Below, piece after piece: positions 25,876-39,535 of a DNA stretch of 64,000 nt (position 1 is the first letter of the stretch; each line of letters opens with the position of its first letter). This DNA comes from Perkinsus chesapeaki ATCC PRA-425 (taxonomy: Eukaryota; Protista; Perkinsozoa), in NCBI GenBank assembly GCA_013115145.1, contig JAAPAO010000002.1, positions 198,042 through 262,041 of the forward strand, in the 5' to 3' direction. A program made the position numbers and the translations under genes. The notes under the pieces are model-generated. The model was given only the letters and a program-made list of their open reading frames with translations, was not told where the DNA came from and searched no databases.

Positions 25876-27369
25876 TCACAGTTCGTCCTCAGATGAGAGA
25901 TCCGCAAATGGATCAGCTGGTGTGAACTCCGCGCCGACGTTTACCTAAGCACACGTGCCAGCCGGATGACGCAGAGCAAAGGTAAAACTTACATTCTCAC
26001 ATCGGACAAAACAGCCGTACCCTGGCCTGAGGAAGGCGACAATAGGAACGAAGACCAAACTAGAGGTTACCCATTGGGGCAGGTAAAATATTCTTTACCA
26101 TCTGGACCTGTACCATCCGACTTTCCCTGAGGCTCGTCCAAGCGAACCCCAATCCATGTGCCTGGCATATCATGTAAATAACGAGCTGGAAAAGTGTGGT
26201 CGCCCGGAATAGCAATCCAATTATCTGCGCCATATACCAGCGCTTTTCGTGTCAGACGAAAAGGGACACGAGTCGTGTCTACTTTATATTCGCTCATTCA
26301 CGCGTAACTACATGTGGGCTTGCAATTTCCCTACCATGTCGCCTCGGAGGCAAGCTCACGTCGTTTTACACATACACCGGGTCCTCGTACGCGTATTCCT
26401 CCCCAACCCCCCCAGGAGATACAAGCTTACCCTTAGGGAGGCCTCGAACAGGTCCAAAATATGCCACTTCTCCACGGCGGCCTCCAGGGTTCACTTCGCA
26501 GCGTGATCCAACCGTGTACCTGCCAGTTACCATGTAACATTTACAAAAACACTTTCCTTTTCTTTTTTACGTTTCCTGAGCATTAGTTGGCGTAGGCGGC
26601 CTCTCCGGGACAGTAGCATTCTGGCTTTCTGAAGTAACACGAATACCAACGGCTGCTCTGGTACGAGCACGGTAGGTACCGTTCTCAGTTTGCTGAGGCC
26701 CGAACTTGAGCTTGAAGTCAGGGTTTACTTTCCTTTTCTCTCGAATGTAGTGTCTCAAGGTGTTGGTACGCTTATCATAGGTCTCGTCGTCCATGACGTA
26801 TTTATCAACCTACGCACTTGCCTTGGGTGAGGCGCAGTCAGCCTGGAGGCCCATACGAGATCTAAGTTTTCCAGGGCACCCCCAGCTGAAACACTATATG
26901 GATCAGTGTCCTTAATGTGGATCGAGTCGCCGTTCTGAGCCCCGAAATCTCTGACGGAAGCATCCGAGGAATAACCCGACGCCAACGGCTTTTGCTACCT
27001 CAGAGTGAGCTTGTCATCGTAGAGGAATATTGAACTGCCATCTCCGCGTCTTAGAAAGAGCTGCATGTGTTCAACAGTGGTACCATTCCTTCGGTATAGC
27101 TTTTGCTTCACCGAACCTGAAGCGAGCAGTGCCTGCCTGCATTAGTGAAACTGCCGAAAGTACTGATAGGCGCATCCACGCATAATGTGGCATCGTGGAC
27201 TCGAGCTTGCAGATTACTGTGAGTAACATCCACGCGAATGAAGCCATCAGCTAAACCATCGTATCTGTGCGTTGGTAACCGTGCTACGGAGAATTACTGG
27301 AGATCACCTTGTATGATCGGCAGCTGTGACGTAGTCTCTCAAGCCACTTGTGAGGGGGTGCATAGTCAT
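25876..27369 (-). CDS. TBCB: tubulin-folding cofactor B (Ubl domain plus CAP-Gly domain)
   Basis: Spliced: LRDYVTAADHTRYDGLADGFIRVDVTHSNL, VKQKLYRRNGTTVEHMQLFL, DFGAQNGDSIHIKDTDPYS, VDKYVMDDETYDKRTNTLRHY, GSRCEVNPGGRRGEVAY, CAP-Gly GTWIGVRLDEPQGKSDG, and acidic end SSEDEL*. Confidence 0.95.
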
Positions 27370-27532
27370 TTTTATAATGCTGTACTACTGGAACCATCTT
27401 GCACCGCTTGCAGAACGCAAGGCTGGTCTGGAGAGAATACTTCAATTCGCCGGCATGACGATATTGTGAACATAGCCGAAAAGCACACACAGAACTGTGA
27501 CAACTCGAATGTTACACTCGGTGTGATCTGCC

Positions 27533-30145
<2,613 letters not shown>

Positions 30146-30425
30146 TGTTGAACTACCAAATCTCATGCCGCAAGTAGATGCGGTAGATGACTAACTCAGC
30201 ACCCCATGGTGTAGAAAGAGGAATCAATTCTCTATGTTAAGCAGTCTACATGCCTGTTGTTCATCGCATGTCAACTCCACCGATATAGTCCCATCAACTG
30301 AGTCTGTGGATTGCACTGAACGATCACCACGACCTGCTAAAGACGCCATCCTTTCTCGGAACATCTTGATCAACGGCTTGTAACTGCTCGAAAGCCTAGT
30401 GGCTGGAAATGCTAAGAAGGGGTAT

Positions 30426-31217
30426 CTACTTTAATAGAACATCCATTCTCTCGAAAATAACTCGGTCGGGTTCTGTCTTCTTCCACTTGCTTAGTTTCAC
30501 TGATACTCCCACAAGCTCAGCTACCATAAATCTTAGGAATTGCTCCAGAATGTCCAAGCCTGGCTCGTTACAGTCCATCTCCCACCGCACCTCCGGTAAC
30601 GACGCACCCACAACATCATCCAAGCCGTTTCGGGAGCTCCTGGGAACGTCCACGAGTACAGGACAGCAGTACCCATGAATTACAAATGTTGCCCGAAGCC
30701 CGTAGGAGTACCTGGCCGACCCCAAAACTGACGTAGGATCCACTGCCAAAATCCAACCGACCACCCAGCGAGAATCAAGTAATCGGAGGCCATTGAGGGA
30801 TACGATTAGGGCATCCACCTCACACGTTTCGGAAGACCCACACTCATTGGTCAGGAACCGCTCGCTGCCAACCGACAGTTTCTCAGCAGAAATGCATGGA
30901 TAGGCGTTATGGGCCACCTCTGCAGGTCCCAACCACCAAGACTCAACACTGGTCCCGTGCTTGAGTACGCTTAACGAAGAGTTCCTTTTGCTAACCACCA
31001 AAGAGCTTCCAACTAGTGCAGATCCAGGAAAGGAATCGACGAATTCGGTGAAACTTTCTGTAGTTCTCTCTGGTCCTTCGAGCAAACTATGATGTGCTAA
31101 GGTTAAAGCATCTTCCCTTTCTGAAACGGCAGAGTACAAGCACTGTGAACGGTCTTGTGCCATCATAAAACAAACTACACTACCGGGCCTGCGCAAATCT
31201 GCACGCATGCGCATCAT
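30426..31217 (-). CDS. hypothetical protein, 263-aa open exon
   Basis: Long ORF with no recognised motif; divergent from the gene at 31501. Confidence 0.5.
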   Translation of the reverse strand: MMRMRADLRRPGSVVCFMMAQDRSQCLYSAVSEREDALTLAHHSLLEGPERTTESFTEFVDSFPGSALVGSSLVVSKRNSSLSVLKHGTSVESWWLGPAEVAHNAYPCISAEKLSVGSERFLTNECGSSETCEVDALIVSLNGLRLLDSRWVVGWILAVDPTSVLGSARYSYGLRATFVIHGYCCPVLVDVPRSSRNGLDDVVGASLPEVRWEMDCNEPGLDILEQFLRFMVAELVGVSVKLSKWKKTEPDRVIFERMDVLLK

Positions 31218-31236
31218 CGCAAACGACCGCCGCGCG

Positions 31237-31275
31237 GCACATGCTCAATGAGCATGTGCATGAGCATCGCTCATG
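31237..31275. promoter_or_regulatory. cluster of TGAGCAT-based inverted repeats in a divergent intergenic region
   Basis: GCACATGCTCA-A-TGAGCATGTGC (perfect 11-bp arms, 31237-31259) overlaps CATGAGC-ATC-GCTCATG (31259-31275). Regulatory role is inferred from position only. Confidence 0.4.
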
Positions 31276-31500
31276 GAAAAAATTTTCAATGAAAAATCCA
31301 TATAATCTACACTGGCCGGTCCCGCAGTATATAGCCACGTGACTTGGCAATATACCTCACCCTAATTCGGGGAAAACCAACTCATTTTAGCACTCAAACG
31401 CTAACACCGATTGGTAGACAGATTGCACAATCTGCTAGCTAAGCAATTCAGCTAAACCCAAACAAACATTTCCATCAAACATACTCGAGATATTCTCATT

Positions 31501-31995
31501 ATGGTACGTATCGTAGCTGTCACCGTCGCTTCGGCTCTTGCTATTGCTTTGAGTGGATGCAGCTCTGACTCTACCTCCAGCAACGATTCTACTGCGGCAT
31601 CGCCGACAACGCCATCAGCAACGGGAGCTGGTCCTTACGACCCTCAGTACCCTGACTACCCTGTGGTCACTACAACTCAATCTCCTTGCCCAATCGGAGA
31701 CGCCTTCTGTCAGTCCCAAACCGTAAATGGTGGCGACTTCAGTAATTCCTTCTGTAAATATTGGCTCACCAATCAGGCCTTCTGCCAGGGTCCCCCAGGC
31801 TCGACTGATCCCCAGCAGTTAAATGTTCCTTGCGAATGCCCTAGCTTGGTGACTTCTACTGTAACAACAACTACGGTTCCTACCACTAGCTCTTCGACGG
31901 AGCAAACGACTTCGTCACCACGCACTGAAGTAAGCACTTCCTCACCCTCAACGAGTTCCTCTACTGAAGCAGCAAAGTCTGCGGGTCAATTCTAA
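31501..31995 (+). CDS. secreted or surface protein with a Cys-rich module and a Thr/Ser-rich mucin-like tail
   Basis: Single exon. Signal peptide MVRIVAVTVASALAIALSGC; module CPIGDAFCQ...SFCKYWLTNQAFCQG...PCEC; C-terminal T/S-rich stalk. Confidence 0.8.
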   Translation: MVRIVAVTVASALAIALSGCSSDSTSSNDSTAASPTTPSATGAGPYDPQYPDYPVVTTTQSPCPIGDAFCQSQTVNGGDFSNSFCKYWLTNQAFCQGPPGSTDPQQLNVPCECPSLVTSTVTTTTVPTTSSSTEQTTSSPRTEVSTSSPSTSSSTEAAKSAGQF

Positions 31996-32108
31996 GACGT
32001 TTCAACTGTCGCTGATAGTCTCTTGTTGTGTCAGCATTCACAGTCGAGTGGGATATCAGGCATTCTTGAGGGCATTAAGTCAACTCAGCACACTACTTAC
32101 AGACAATA

Positions 32109-33652
32109 CTACGTTAATAGCTCGACAGTAGGGGGCAGTGATGGGAAGTCATTCAAAGAAAAGTCGGCCTTCTTGTAGGCCGCTATGTCATTGTCAGAGA
32201 GGCCTGCTGTCGGTCTGATCTCCGGAATGAGACTTAGAGATGCCTGCGGAATCCATGCTGGCATCTTGCTCATGAGCATGCCAGGGCGAGATACTAGGTT
32301 GTCTGGCCATGGCAAGTCAGGGACAGGAGGCGCTTGCCTGGAGCCAAACGGGCCTTCTTTGATTGCCCCAAATGGCGTCGGCTTCCCGCCTGTTGAGCCG
32401 CCGAATTGCCCGAAGGGACTCGGACCAGTTACTGCGGTGCCGCCAAATCCACCAAACGGTGATGTCGATGACGAAATAGATGATGGTACACCCCCAAACG
32501 GTGAAGGCTTGTTGGTCGCCGTGCCACCGAATGGTGAAGGCTTGGACCCTTCGAAAGGGGACGGCTTAACTTGGCTCGTCGCTGCGCCGAACGGCGATGG
32601 GGCAGTAGTCCCGGCACCGAACGGTGAGGTAGACTTCGAACCTCCATTGATTCCAAAGTACTTCGACAAAGAAGGCTTAGGGACGATCTTCTCGAGGCTC
32701 GCTTCTGTCTTAGCTATCGTCTCCCTTAAATGCTCGTTCTGAGGATCCTGGAACCGAAGCTCCTCGAAACTCAGGTCAATTCCAGGAGGCGTCAGATTCC
32801 CTTGACCATCAGGTCCGAACGAAGACAACGGGTAGAGGTCGCCCTTGTTGAATGCAGCTCCAATATTCTGGAAAGCAACAATCCGCAGCCTGCATCAATG
32901 AACACCTTACTTCCCTTATTTTCCGGTTACTTTCATCGGGTGCCAGTGTCCCGCCAACTTTCGCTGCCGCGAAGGTTCCAGATGGTGGCTTAACCACTCC
33001 AGTCGAAATGCTGGCACTGGAAGTACCAGCAAATGTGCTACCGGAGCCGAACGTTACAGGCGCGCCTGCCTGTCCGAAGGGCGATGGCGTTGAAGCCGAA
33101 CTACGTGCAGTGGCCCCAAAGGCACTGGGGGTTGTACTGGTTGCCGTGCTTCCGAAAGGGCTCGGAGCGGCATTCGAGGTTCCTCCAAACGGGGAAGGTT
33201 GACTGCCAGCGAATCCCCCTGAGGATGCGGCCCCACCGAAGGGAGATGGTTTGGTTCCCCCGAAAGCGCTAACCCCAGAACCTTGGCCACCGCCGAATGG
33301 AGAAGGGGAGGGCGCAGCACCGCCTCCAAAGGGGGACGGCGTAGGCGTGGCCGCTGATCCGAAAGGTGAGGCCGATACGTGGCCGGCGGGCGCACTTCCG
33401 CCGAATGGGGATGCCGAGGCTGTACCTTGAAGGGAAGCATTCGGACTGTTCATCCCATCTGCTTCAACCTTACCTCCGAAAGGATTGGATACTGATACTC
33501 CTTTTCGCTGAGCATGCACAAACTTACAGGAATCTCCGTACCGGCAGGTACCCTGAAAGACGTCATAGGTGGTGCGCTACTTGAGTTATTCTGGCAATGC
33601 TTACGGTTTCCTCCCAACTACGGCACGGTTTATTATGATGCTTCGAGGGCAT
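32109..33652 (-). CDS. NUP42: FG-repeat nucleoporin, Nup42/NUPL2 (hCG1) type
   Basis: N-terminal CCCH finger CRSWEET|GTCRYGDSCKFVH spanning an intron; many (P)SPFG/SAFG repeats; central DLSFEELR motif; C-terminal LSDNDIAAYKKADFSLNDFPSLPPTVELL, similar to the Gle1-binding tail of NUPL2. Confidence 0.8.
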
Positions 33653-33915
33653 CGGGAAAGCAACTAGAAACACAGTACGCGCCAACTGAACGCTACAGAA
33701 CTAGTTTTAGTATTTTGATAGCAAATATGACGCGACGAAGCATCAAATGCATTGAGCAAACAAATATGGCTATCGTTTAATTGTATAGTCAATTCCAAGA
33801 GTCAAACTCAGAACATCGAGTATGCCGTGAGCACGGATCGGGTCGACGGTTTTGGGGCACTGCAATCTATAAAAGATTAAACCAAAATCAGAATTAAAAA
33901 TGTAACGTACTATCC

Positions 33916-35007
33916 TCAGCTAAGCTTCCTCGGTTTCTGCTTCAAACTAAACGGCTTATCGTACTCGAGGCACATATCCACTTTGTCTATTCCTTGACCA
34001 CAGGCTTGAAAGTACACAGTGTGCCCTGCCCAAACTAGATTTGGACACCAAGGCGTCTGTAACCAAGCAACTGAGATCACAACCTCGCCTCTGTTGAGGT
34101 CAACTACCTCGAATCGTGCGAGATAAAATACTTCAGATTCGGCATGCCAACTGTGTGAGCTATGGCGAACAATGGCCAGAAGCGGCGGAGCATTTTCATC
34201 GTGGTATCGGAATTGTTCGTCGAGCTGCGAGCTCTGAACCACAGCCATTTGCCGTACTTGTCCGCGGAGCTTCATATTACGCCATCCTTCGCTTTCTTCA
34301 TTTGTCGTCCGCAACAAGAGCGTTTCCCCAACACAAACAACCGTGCAAAGATTCTGAGGCCTCTCCATGAAAGCCTCTAACAACATACGTCTGAAATTCA
34401 ACGCAGCTTGGATTTCTTTCGAGAAGTCCAGGCATGCGACCGATACCGTATGTCCTCGGACAGTCAGGATGGTTATGCCGGAGCATTGTTTCGCCGAATC
34501 TTGAGGTAGAGAACCGAACACAATATGGCTTCCTCGGCTCACCATAAATCCCGGCGGCCGCAAATAGTCGGGTACACTCCATAGTGTGTGAAAGTAGTAA
34601 GGAGACTCTCGATGGCGGATGCAAAAAATCTGGCGGCCACGAAATGCAAAGACACACCCAAGAGTGGAGTTGATACAGAACGCGTCGACAGGGTCAGCGC
34701 TAACCATTCCAAGGCCTTCACCTTCTCTATATTTATACAGCCCACCACGTTGGGCGTCATTCTGGAATGTAATCAAGATAGAATTATCCCAATCGTCGAC
34801 GCAGAAGTGTCTCACCCACAAACCGGCTTGCGCAGAGACTTCAAGCCTTCGCGGTGACTCGACGGTTTCGTCAACCAACTGAACCGTACCAGCCTCACGG
34901 AGAAAGCACCATACGCCTCGGTGGAGGACTTCCGGTAAATCATGTGGTGCAATCCGATGAAGCGAAGATAAATACATAGCTAAGCGGTCTGTCATTATAA
35001 CCCGCAA
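33916..35007 (-). CDS. hypothetical protein, 363-aa uninterrupted ORF, beta-strand-rich
   Basis: Long ORF with alternating hydrophobic strands; no family recognised. Confidence 0.6.
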   Translation of the reverse strand: MRVIMTDRLAMYLSSLHRIAPHDLPEVLHRGVWCFLREAGTVQLVDETVESPRRLEVSAQAGLWVRHFCVDDWDNSILITFQNDAQRGGLYKYREGEGLGMVSADPVDAFCINSTLGCVFAFRGRQIFCIRHRESPYYFHTLWSVPDYLRPPGFMVSRGSHIVFGSLPQDSAKQCSGITILTVRGHTVSVACLDFSKEIQAALNFRRMLLEAFMERPQNLCTVVCVGETLLLRTTNEESEGWRNMKLRGQVRQMAVVQSSQLDEQFRYHDENAPPLLAIVRHSSHSWHAESEVFYLARFEVVDLNRGEVVISVAWLQTPWCPNLVWAGHTVYFQACGQGIDKVDMCLEYDKPFSLKQKPRKLS

Positions 35008-35197
35008 TAGAAGCAGGGTAGGAAGTGTAAATAGTCAGAACTAAGCAAACCATTGCCACAGCTGGAGGCCCTTTCGGTTCCTTTCTTCATCTGGAGGTGT
35101 TACTCGTGCGGTACGAGCCGTGTCCAAAATGGAAATGATCGACAACATGGCTCAATACGAATAAAGGAAACTGTCAGTTAGTCGTGTCAGTTTGGCC

Positions 35198-37568
35198 TCA
35201 CATAGTGAAGATGTTAGAGAGATGCGTCCGGGCGAACCGTTCGCACTCTTCTTGGCAGCGAACCAATGGCATCGCCGGCTTGGCAAGCATCAAGTAAAAC
35301 TCCCGATTCAAGGGGGAAGCCTTAGCGCATACCCATCCCTGAGGCAAAGCAATCAAACCTGAAAACCGGCTCCCTGGTAATTACGTTTTCGGGCGACTTG
35401 TAGCAAATTTCACGGCAGCGGCTTCCCCGGCATAATCCAGGAGCATCTAGCGACTGTTCGTCATTCACCTGGACAACGGATCAGATTATATTAGCAAATG
35501 CCACAATTATACCATAATCTGGCGCAGCGTGCTGAACAGCACTAAATCCTCCGGGCTTGATTCGTTTCCGATCAGAGCCGTTGGAGCATCATCGCTCAGT
35601 GACGCAGCCCCATCATTCGACACTCGCAGTGCGTGATTGGTATTGTTTGCATATACGAACCTTGAGCAGAGGGACAGTTGGTTAAATAGCCATAGGTCAT
35701 AAGGTTTACTTGGAGTCATCGGGTACGCTCATTGCTTGATCAAATTGCTGCCGCACCAGGTGAGCGACCTGGCTCACGCTCTTGGACTCTGACACCCACT
35801 GCTGTAACGCAGCGAACAGCTCGGCATCCGATTCCTAAAGAGCGTATACGCGATAGAAGATAGAAGGAGGCTTACTTTTGAAGGGGTAGGACTCAAAACT
35901 AGCACAAACATAAGTCCATGGTATAAAAGAGAAACTAGTCGACCTCGCCCAAGGGAGGGAAGATGGACCATCGGGATGTAGCCGCCGTCAGCCGAACCTC
36001 TATCTGGGCCGAAGAGATACCTGCGGTGCATGAGGAGCGAAAATTCAAGTGTACGAAGAAAGCTGGCTTAAGTTACGTTCCTGCTTCACCATCTGCCATG
36101 TCTTCTGTGACGTAGTTCGACTTGGCAAAGCACTTAGAGCGTTCGTCGCTTCCCTCATAAGGTGGCTCACACAGTTTTGTAGATGACACAATTGTAGTAG
36201 GGGTGTCAGAACGGAAGCTAAGTAAATCCGTAAGAGAGAAGAGCTAAGATGCCTGCTTACCCAATTATGCTGGTGGAGACAATGTACGAGTAGAGAATCT
36301 TCATATCTTCTAGAGGGATCGAAGAGTGCAGCAAATGTGCATCGAACAGTACCTGACGAACTTGTCCATATAACATCCTGGATGAGCCTAAAATGTCCAC
36401 TGAGCTTACGGCGGATGCTATGATATCCGGATGCTTTTCCTTCAGCGATAGCAACATTGCTTGAATCAAGACTAACGTATTACGCTCGACCGGAGCTAAG
36501 ACAAGTATCCTATAACTCAACTAATGCATCGAAATGTTACATACCATAGCTAAAGCCCGTCAGTTCATTGAAGAGTCCCAAAGGGCCGTAGCCAACCACC
36601 TCCATATATCTGCGTTCACAGCGTACATCATACTCAACTTTATTTTACTCACGATGGTATGAAGTCATCCATGAGACCGACCAGTGCACTTATTGAACTA
36701 GCGCGATCATTTCCCACATCCAGGAACCTAATATACCGTTATCACACCTTCAAGTCGCTCAGATGGCTACTCTCTCATGGGTCCATGCAGCAAAGTAAAA
36801 ACTTCATGAGCATTCGACAAAACCGCTTGCAGTAATGGTCCAGAAAGATGAGGATCCTCATCAATCTCGTGTGACTGGACACATCGTGTCTGGTGTTGAC
36901 GCTGAGTCTCCGCGTTGGAAGCCCCTTCGGGAGAGGAAGGTATGGATTGACCTGCCACGGATATTTTTAGATAAAACGTGGAAGTTTTTCTCACTCGAAT
37001 CCGCTCCGCGTAAAGGACACCGTTGGACGACCAGCGTGAACCATATATCCTTCTCTACCTGATTACAAGCGAGTCGCGACATGGCTCAAATGAGCGCCAA
37101 CAAATGATACACATACCTGTTTCACAGAAATCGCGAGGTCGCGGGTGGTTATCAAATCCACGTCATCGTCCTCGTCCCCATCGTTCCGAAATGCCTGCGC
37201 GAAATGGACAACACCTTCGATCAGTGAGGCCTGGGTCCGTTGCTCGATGGCTGAGTGTTCTCGCGATGGACTGAAATGCGTCAAGTGGGCCAGCACGGCC
37301 AATGCATATCGCGTACTAGTAATAAATGAGCTTCGCTTGAGCTGTGCGGGAATCGTCGTCCTCAGCCGAGGCAAGAAACTCTTCACTTCGGTCCTTCACT
37401 TCCAACACAGGGCTGTACACAAAGAATGATCTAAGAGAGCAACCAAAGGGCATCGCATAACCGATAAAGCAGCTGACGCACTTCACACTTTATCGTTGGC
37501 CCTCCACAAGCGTCGATAGACTCGACACTACTCCTCTCGTCGTTCTGCGCGGAAAACCACCGCCGCAT
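35198..37568 (-). CDS. CCZ1: vacuolar fusion protein CCZ1 (Mon1-Ccz1 Rab7 GEF subunit)
   Basis: Longin N-terminus SFFVYSP...AKLIYY...EQRTQASLIEGVVHFAQAF...VEKDIWFTLVV. C-terminus EFYLMLAKPAMPLVRCQEECERFARTHLSNIFTM* matches the CCZ1 ending (ELYVIL...L.EV.EEV..L....F.NIF). Confidence 0.8.
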
Positions 37569-38360
37569 TTCAAAAGAAAGCTGCTAAAGGCCATCTGTTG
37601 CGCGGGGTGACTAGTGCAAATCGAAAGATCGCCCACTGGAATATCTTCCGTACTCCTCAGCTCGACTGTTTCTCCACCAGATTCCATACAGTTCATAACA
37701 CGACAGTATGGGTAAACAGAAATCGCTACTATTTAAGAAATGAGAGTTATGGGCCGGGTGATAAGTACAGACACTATTATATGACTTGAATAACTACACA
37801 ACCTATTTACAAGCTTCCCAGCAATTACAGTCAAGGTCCCAAACATACGTTCACGGCTTGGCTCGCCAATTCGTGGCAGCAGATACAAAAGAGTAAAAGT
37901 GGAACCACAAGTAATAACTCTGGCTCGCGTATATACACCTGTGACCGCGAAACAACGCACACTTTGCCCTCAAAAAGCAGATGACCTAAGTCTACATATG
38001 ACTACCTACGGCAAGTGTGCGAGTAATGTAACATTCTTCCAACGAAGACGGTGATCACAATGTGCACAGACGAGACTCGAAAAAGGAGAAGAAAGACGCA
38101 GGCTCGGGTGGTACCAAGACACCAAGCGACCGACGCCCATAATATCTCCTCACAGACGGACATGAAGAAATAGAACGAACGACCTGGCAAGATGCGTCGG
38201 AAGCCCGCTATGCTCTTGCATGACAAGGTTGAAACAAAGCATAGAAGCATGAGTTCCTCAAAATATGAATACAATAGCCTAGTAAACGGCGGGTAACAAC
38301 CAGCAATATAGCTCGAAGTACGGGCCGGATACAACAATGGCACAGAAATAGTTTCTTGTT

Positions 38361-39113
38361 TTAGGCAGAGATATTCATCTCCCGCTCCTCTTCGAAACCG
38401 AAACGAATTGGTCGAAGCCGCCGACTCGGCTGATACAAAGCCGTCGAGTCACCGATAGCTTCAACCCTACCGATTGTATTAGAGCTAACAGCATCAGCTT
38501 GGCCAGAAGCATCGTGGACTGTAGGGGGGCAGCTCATACGTTCCGCCAAGTTGAGCAAATCTTCAACAGAGTCAAACTCCCTGACGACGCCATCTCTGGC
38601 GCTGTCCAGAGCAGAACAGCCGTCGAATGTTTTGGTAGGTATAGTAGTGTGTAGGACTTCTCCTACGGGAGACGTTACATGGTAAAATGAAATTTCTTTG
38701 CAGCCGTCAAAGGAAACGCTCCGAGAGGCGGCCCTCTGCTCATAGCTCACCGAATCATCAACTGAGATCCCAATAGATGTGTCAGCTGACATAGTAGAAC
38801 ACAGTCTTTGGTTTCTAGCAGCATTGAGAGAAGCTCGTCGCAGCCATCCCTCCTCATCCTTAGGGGTAGGATCGGACACTATCTCGGGTGAGAGGGTCAT
38901 CCTCACGGGCGCAGAACAGGCACGACTGTTACATCCAAATGCAGGAATTGGTAGCAAACTTTTGATACCGCTGCACTCATCCGGTGACTGAGAATTAACA
39001 GGACGAGATTCGAGTGTGGGGACTGCATCGGCCGTGGACAACGGAGTCGGATCAGCACTGTTGTAGTCAAAGGATTGAGAAGATCTGCGGGGAGTCAGAG
39101 GTAGAAATAGCAT
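38361..39113 (-). CDS. hypothetical Ser/Pro-rich, probably disordered protein, 250 aa, single exon
   Basis: Uninterrupted ATG-to-stop ORF. Confidence 0.6.
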   Translation of the reverse strand: MLFLPLTPRRSSQSFDYNSADPTPLSTADAVPTLESRPVNSQSPDECSGIKSLLPIPAFGCNSRACSAPVRMTLSPEIVSDPTPKDEEGWLRRASLNAARNQRLCSTMSADTSIGISVDDSVSYEQRAASRSVSFDGCKEISFYHVTSPVGEVLHTTIPTKTFDGCSALDSARDGVVREFDSVEDLLNLAERMSCPPTVHDASGQADAVSSNTIGRVEAIGDSTALYQPSRRLRPIRFGFEEEREMNISA

Positions 39114-39535
39114 GGCGGGATCAATAGAGTGAATAATACGCTGCGAAAGATGCTTCTAGGAGAACGCACGAGTTCTGATAGAGCCAAACGAAAATCAGAG
39201 CATTAGAGAGGAGAAAGTCGTTAATCACTTTTGGCACGACAGACAGGTACAGACTCTCAGTGACGGAAGCACAAAGCTGTTCGCTGACTATGATAGGCAT
39301 TGAGCATAAGCATTCGAAATGGAGCCGCGGCATCATGCTCGGTCACTGTGCGTAGAGTATAAGTGCACAAAGACGCTCTTTCCCCAACCGTCTCAAGTTC
39401 AACGGGATTGTAGGGAGCATAAAGGGTCTTCGAGCAATGACCAGACAGGCTCTTTACAGGAGTTTAATGAAGCATAAAAGAATCATTACATGTGGAGCAG
39501 CCAATCCGAAAGCTCTCTGCAACGTCTCTCCCGGC

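Noticed and set aside
32185-33440. Long plus-strand and alternate-frame ORFs over the FG-nucleoporin (32185-32742, 32852-33202, 33054-33440)
   Set aside because: These are shadow ORFs. The low-complexity Pro/Gly/Ser coding on the minus strand lacks antisense stops, and their products merely mirror the repeats.
37430-37696. Possible non-canonical GA splice donor in the first CCZ1 intron (dinoflagellate-like)
   Set aside because: Starting at ATG 37568 (MRRWFSAQ...PTIK|SFFVY) gives a normal GT-AG intron. All other junctions I checked were also GT-AG.
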